Of a DNA stretch of 12,546 nucleotides, positions 8,444-12,546 are shown in pieces. How positions within the stretch are numbered: the stretch's first letter is position 1; every line of letters starts with the position of its first letter. This DNA is from an uncultured bacterium. GTDB taxonomy: Bacteria; Schekmanbacteria; GWA2-38-11; J061. The notes under the pieces were generated by a model, which did no database searches, was not told where the DNA came from, and was given only the letters and a program-made list of their open reading frames with translations. The DNA lies in assembly GCA_964549305.1 (NCBI GenBank), contig CAZJVM010000070.1, forward strand, positions 1 to 12,546. The letters are read 5' to 3'. Position numbers and translations under genes: made by a program.

Positions 8444-9137
8444 CCGGAAAGTAATGCTCATAACGGGTACGCGCAAGGGAATAGGAAAATTCCTCGCTGA
8501 ATATTACTGCGCGAAGGGATACCGCGTCATAGGGTGCAGTCGCGGCAAAGCGGAATATGAGCTCGACAACTACACCCACTACTGCCTCGATGTCTGCGAT
8601 GAGGGGGAAGTGAAAAAGATGTTCAGGGACCTGCGCAAAGACTTCGGACGCCTCGATGTGCTCATCAACAACGCGGGAGTGGCTTCGATGAATCACTTTC
8701 TGCTTACTCCCATTGAAACGGTGAAGAAGATTCTGAATACAAATGTAGTCGGGGGTTTTCTTTTTTCCCGTGAGGCGACAAAACTTATGAAGAAGAATAA
8801 ATTCGGAAGGATTGTTAATTTTGTCACTTTTGCCATTCCCTTCAAGCTCGAGGGCGAAGCTATTTATGCCGCGTCGAAAGCGGCTGTGGCAACATTGACT
8901 GAAGTATTGAGCCGCGAACTCGCGGAATTCGGTATAACGGTAAACGCAGTGGGACCTCCCGCGGTGCAGACCGATTTAATCAGGGGAGTGCCAAAGGAAA
9001 AACTCGACAGACTTCTTCAGAGGCAGGCTATTCACCGTTACGGAGATATGAAGGAAGTGGCTAATGTGATAGATTTTTTCATTAAGCCCGAAAGCGAAAT
9101 GGTTACGGGACAGCTCATCTATCTCGGCGGTATCTGA
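8436..9137 (+). CDS. SDR family oxidoreductase, FabG/3-oxoacyl-ACP reductase-like (start uncertain: TTG 8421, ATA 8436 or ATG 8454)
   Basis: TGTRKGIG, INNAG, YAASK and GITVNAVGP motifs. Basic residues (TRKG, CSR) suggest NADP(H) preference. Its stop overlaps the next start (TGATG, 9135-9139). Confidence 0.88.
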   Translation: MADRKVMLITGTRKGIGKFLAEYYCAKGYRVIGCSRGKAEYELDNYTHYCLDVCDEGEVKKMFRDLRKDFGRLDVLINNAGVASMNHFLLTPIETVKKILNTNVVGGFLFSREATKLMKKNKFGRIVNFVTFAIPFKLEGEAIYAASKAAVATLTEVLSRELAEFGITVNAVGPPAVQTDLIRGVPKEKLDRLLQRQAIHRYGDMKEVANVIDFFIKPESEMVTGQLIYLGGI

Positions 9138-10486
9138 TGTTTATAGATTTTCTTCTTAAAGTTTTCGAGGAAAAACCGGACGCTGACGCTATAGTTTGGA
9201 AGGGAAAAGTTTCCGGTTACGGCTGGCTTCGCGAGAGAATAGAATATTGGCGCAAACGTCTTGAAGGCGAAAATGTGAAGCCCGGCACTGTGGTTGTACT
9301 TGAAGGTGATTTTTCTCCCAATTCCATCGCGCTTCTCCTTGCCCTTACGGAAATGCGCGCCATAATCGTTCCTCTTACAAAAATTGTGAAGGCAAAGCGC
9401 GAGGAATTTATTCAAATAGCGCGGGGCGAAAAACTGATTTTGTTATCGGAAGATGACGAAGCGGAAATCTCAGACCTTCCCTATGAGGCGAAGGGAGAAC
9501 TTTTCGAAACCATCCGCAATCGGAATGTGCCGGGACTAATCCTTTTCACATCGGGCTCAACGGGGAAGAGCAAAGCGGCAGTTCACGATTTTTCGAAGCT
9601 TTTTGAGAAGTTCAAGGTGAGAAGGCATTCGCTCAGAATAATTAATTTCCTCCTCTTTGACCATTGGGGCGGTTTGAACACTATGCTTTACGCCCTTTCA
9701 AACGGAGGTACCATAATCACAGTGCAGGACAGAAGTCCCGAAAGCGTGTGCGCTCTTGTGGAAAAGCACAGAGCAGACCTTCTTCCCTCGTCACCGACGT
9801 TTCTGAATCTTCTCATTATAAGCGAGGCATATAAGAAGTATGACCTGAGCAGTCTTAAGACCATATCTTACGGCGCCGAACCGATGCTTCCCCATACGCT
9901 CAGGAAACTTTCGGAAATATTTCCCGGCACAAAACTTCTTCAGACCTACGGGCTTATTGAGCTTGGAGTCCTGCGCTCGGAGTCAAAAAGCGCCGATTCG
10001 CTCTGGGTCAAGGTGGGAGGAGAAGGTTTTCAGACGAGAATAGTGGACGGCATACTTCAGATTAAGGCGCACTCTGCAATGCTTGGTTATCTCAACGCTC
10101 CGAGCCCTTTTACCGATGACGGATGGTTTATAACGGGCGACTCGGTAGAGCAGGACGGTGAGTACATAAAAATACTCGGGAGAAAATCGGAGATGATAAA
10201 TGTGGGAGGAGAGAAGGTATATCCCGCGGAGGTGGAAAGCGTGATTCAGCAAATGGACAATGTGTTAGAGGCTATTGTGTATGGCGAAAAGAATCCTATT
10301 ACAGGAAGTATAGTCTGCGCGAAGGTAAATCTCGTAAAGGACGAAGACCGCAAGGCGTTTGCAAAACGGCTGAAGAAGTTTTGCCGCGCGAAACTTCAGA
10401 ATTTTAAGGTGCCCGTAAAGGTAAAAGTTGTAGAGGAGAAGCTTGTAAGTGAAAGATTTAAAAAGAGCAGAAATATAAAACAGTGA
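9137..10486 (+). CDS. ANL-superfamily AMP-dependent acyl ligase (acyl-CoA/acyl-ACP synthetase-like)
   Basis: LFTSGSTGKSK P-loop, QTYGLIE, WFITGD, ILGRKSEMINVGGEKVYPAEVE and a C-terminal Lys in SERFKK. GTGA overlap with the next gene at 10483-10486. Confidence 0.92.
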   Translation: MFIDFLLKVFEEKPDADAIVWKGKVSGYGWLRERIEYWRKRLEGENVKPGTVVVLEGDFSPNSIALLLALTEMRAIIVPLTKIVKAKREEFIQIARGEKLILLSEDDEAEISDLPYEAKGELFETIRNRNVPGLILFTSGSTGKSKAAVHDFSKLFEKFKVRRHSLRIINFLLFDHWGGLNTMLYALSNGGTIITVQDRSPESVCALVEKHRADLLPSSPTFLNLLIISEAYKKYDLSSLKTISYGAEPMLPHTLRKLSEIFPGTKLLQTYGLIELGVLRSESKSADSLWVKVGGEGFQTRIVDGILQIKAHSAMLGYLNAPSPFTDDGWFITGDSVEQDGEYIKILGRKSEMINVGGEKVYPAEVESVIQQMDNVLEAIVYGEKNPITGSIVCAKVNLVKDEDRKAFAKRLKKFCRAKLQNFKVPVKVKVVEEKLVSERFKKSRNIKQ

Positions 10487-11508
10487 AAATTTGCAAACTT
10501 ACGCCTGAATATTTTGATAAACTTATTGCCTTCAATGAAAAGGTTTTTCCCGAAAGAGTAAATTTCAAAGAGAGATTCAAATCTCAATTTCTTGACAATC
10601 CTTATCTTGAAGACAGGGAGAAACCCTGCGGATATCTTTCTCTTTCCGATGAAGACGAGATAACGGGACAGTTTCTCATAAATCCCTGCAGGTTTCATTT
10701 CAAGGGAAATGATTACGGCGGATTTTTCGGCCACGATTTTTACGCTCTTCAGGAATACGGAGGAGAGCACGGAGCAATGCTTGCCCTCAGGGCAATCAGA
10801 GGGTCAAAGCCCTATTTCGCAATCGGGGTCACCGAAAAAGCTCAGAAGATTCATCTTTCGGTGAAGGCAAGGATAATAGGCAGTATGTACAAGTATGTTT
10901 GGTTTGGAAATATTATTCTCTCTTCCCTTAAGATGGCAAAATATTTTATTTCCCGAAACGATGCTTCCTCACCTGCATATGAAAAAGCGGATTTTCCGCA
11001 AAGAGTCAGGGCAGATTCCGGTGAAATCAAATTGTCGAAAACTCCACGCTTTACTGCTGATTATCATTGGGAGAATATGATTGAATTTGCCCGTGATTCG
11101 AAATTTCTTGAATGGCGTTTTGCTGAAAGGTTTGCAAGCTACGGTTTTTACACCTTTAAAAGCGATGATAAGGAATGTTTCTTTGCCCTTCGAAGATGTT
11201 TCTGGAAGGGTCTGAAACTCCTTGCCCTTGTCGATTACAGGACTCCTCCCGGTGACGCGAATGCGTCTGAAACCGTATTGAAAGCGTCAAAGATAATCGC
11301 GAAAAAAATGAAACGCGACGGCGTAATTTCATATAGCTCAAATCACTTTTATGACACGGAGTTTAAGAGACAGTTATTTTTCAGGGCAGGGCGTCCCTGC
11401 TACATAATGACCAATGCGAAAATGGATGTACGGGAAGATGATATTGAAGAAAGAAAATCGGTGTTTGCCACGATGGCGGATTCCGATACCGATTTTAATT
11501 TTGACTGA
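10483..11508 (+). CDS. Probable GNAT-fold (tandem) acyltransferase of the kind found in polysaccharide loci
   Basis: GTG start coupled to the ligase stop. Segments QFLDNPY, GHDFYALQEYGGEHGAML (degenerate motif A), RDSKFLEWRF, LALVDY and terminal TMADSD resemble, from recall, GNAT-like proteins of surface-glycan clusters. The fold assignment is by pattern only. Confidence 0.55.
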   Translation: MKICKLTPEYFDKLIAFNEKVFPERVNFKERFKSQFLDNPYLEDREKPCGYLSLSDEDEITGQFLINPCRFHFKGNDYGGFFGHDFYALQEYGGEHGAMLALRAIRGSKPYFAIGVTEKAQKIHLSVKARIIGSMYKYVWFGNIILSSLKMAKYFISRNDASSPAYEKADFPQRVRADSGEIKLSKTPRFTADYHWENMIEFARDSKFLEWRFAERFASYGFYTFKSDDKECFFALRRCFWKGLKLLALVDYRTPPGDANASETVLKASKIIAKKMKRDGVISYSSNHFYDTEFKRQLFFRAGRPCYIMTNAKMDVREDDIEERKSVFATMADSDTDFNFD

Positions 11509-12468
11509 TTAAATGCCTTTCCTTGAGAGCGAAACCCAAAGACCTGAAATCTTCGCGAGAAGAGAATACCTGTTGAATTTACTGTCAACGGCTTTTCTCT
11601 TTAAGGTGAAAAGGTTTTCTCCTTTCACGCAGTTTCCGTTAATTGTCGTAAGGGCGCATTCAAATCCCGATTCTTCGAGAATCTTAATCGTTGACTCATT
11701 GAAGTCCGGGGCATCTCCGTTGGGATAGGCAAAATACCTGACGGTGGTTTGAAGTTTTGTTTCGATTATTTTCCTGGATTCGCTAATTTCTTTTCGCGCC
11801 TGTGAAAGGGGAATTCCGCTTAAAATCGGGTGCGAAAGAGTATGCGCGCCGAAAGTTACAAATCCGCTTTCGCGCATTTCCTTAATCTGCGCCCAGTTCA
11901 GAATTCTATATTTTTCCCATTTACTGTCTGCATACAATTCTTCACTGTTTTTGGTAAACTCCGAGATGATTCTTTCTCTTTCACTCTCGTCATACCTTTT
12001 GAAATGCTCAGCAACATGGTCAAAGTGAAGGCCTTTGAGTTGTGGGTATTTTGTGAAGAATGCTTCGCTTTTTTCCTCAGTAATGATTTCAAGCATATCA
12101 AACCAGAATAGTTTTGGTGTGTCCACAAAATCGGTTGTAAGAAATACAATGGCAGGGATTTTGTACTTTATTAAAGTCGGAAATATATCAGAATAAAAGG
12201 ACTCATAACCATCATCAAATGTAATTACAATACCGTATTCAATATTGTTTTGGTTTTTGAGGCAGTCAACACATTCCTCAAGAGATATAATTTTATAATA
12301 TTTAAGCAGTTCTTTTATATGACTCTCAAAGTCCTTACCGCTTATATTGTGATAATTCAGGATGGTAATTTCGTTTTTCTTTCTGAAGCGCCACAGATGA
12401 AAAATCCCCGTATAAAAAACAAACCTGCTGAAAGTTTCACGCACCGCCTTTTTAATCAGATTTTTCAT
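11509..12468 (-). CDS. Polysaccharide deacetylase (CE4/NodB homology, IcaB-like type with helical insert)
   Basis: ILNYH, ITFDDGY, metal-binding GAHTLSHP and FAYPNG motifs, plus LKR near the C-terminus. No clear signal peptide. Confidence 0.92.
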   Translation of the reverse strand: MKNLIKKAVRETFSRFVFYTGIFHLWRFRKKNEITILNYHNISGKDFESHIKELLKYYKIISLEECVDCLKNQNNIEYGIVITFDDGYESFYSDIFPTLIKYKIPAIVFLTTDFVDTPKLFWFDMLEIITEEKSEAFFTKYPQLKGLHFDHVAEHFKRYDESERERIISEFTKNSEELYADSKWEKYRILNWAQIKEMRESGFVTFGAHTLSHPILSGIPLSQARKEISESRKIIETKLQTTVRYFAYPNGDAPDFNESTIKILEESGFECALTTINGNCVKGENLFTLKRKAVDSKFNRYSLLAKISGLWVSLSRKGI

Positions 12469-12546
12469 ATTATTTATTCAGAATAATTTAATATTTTACC
12501 ATGAAGAGCGTGAAGGCCTTGAAGTTTTTATTTCAAAATAATTGAA

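Noticed and set aside
8141-12468. Assigning acpP, fabG, fadD or nod gene symbols, or calling a PKS/NRPS cluster
   Set aside because: No ketosynthase, condensation domain or NodC is present. The similarities are family-level only and orthology is unsupported.
12493-12546. Minus-strand frame open from the window edge to TAA (FNYFEIKTSRPSRSSW), or alternatively an extended -10 (TGgTAAAAT) for the deacetylase
   Set aside because: Too little sequence to decide between the end of an upstream gene and a promoter; flanking sequence is needed.

Overview
Bacterial genomic window with two parts. The left half is housekeeping: an lgt-metH pair on the minus strand (the methionine synthase lacks its AdoMet reactivation domain), transcribed divergently from a stand-alone gyrA, with a clear sigma70-type promoter on each side. 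The right half is accessory. It holds a predicted exported alpha/beta-hydrolase with a ~260-aa N-terminal region I do not recognise, then a tightly overlapped four-gene operon (acyl carrier protein, FabG-like reductase, short acyl-adenylating ligase, probable GNAT-fold transferase). That operon meets a convergent CE4/NodB-type polysaccharide deacetylase stop-to-stop with no gap. The best candidate for an undescribed system is this ketosynthase-free, ACP-dependent acylation cassette. It may work with the deacetylase to swap N-acetyl groups on a glycan for a custom acyl group, paralleling rhizobial NodA/B/F/G. That function is inference and has not been tested by any search. No rRNA, tRNA, CRISPR array or transposase was seen.
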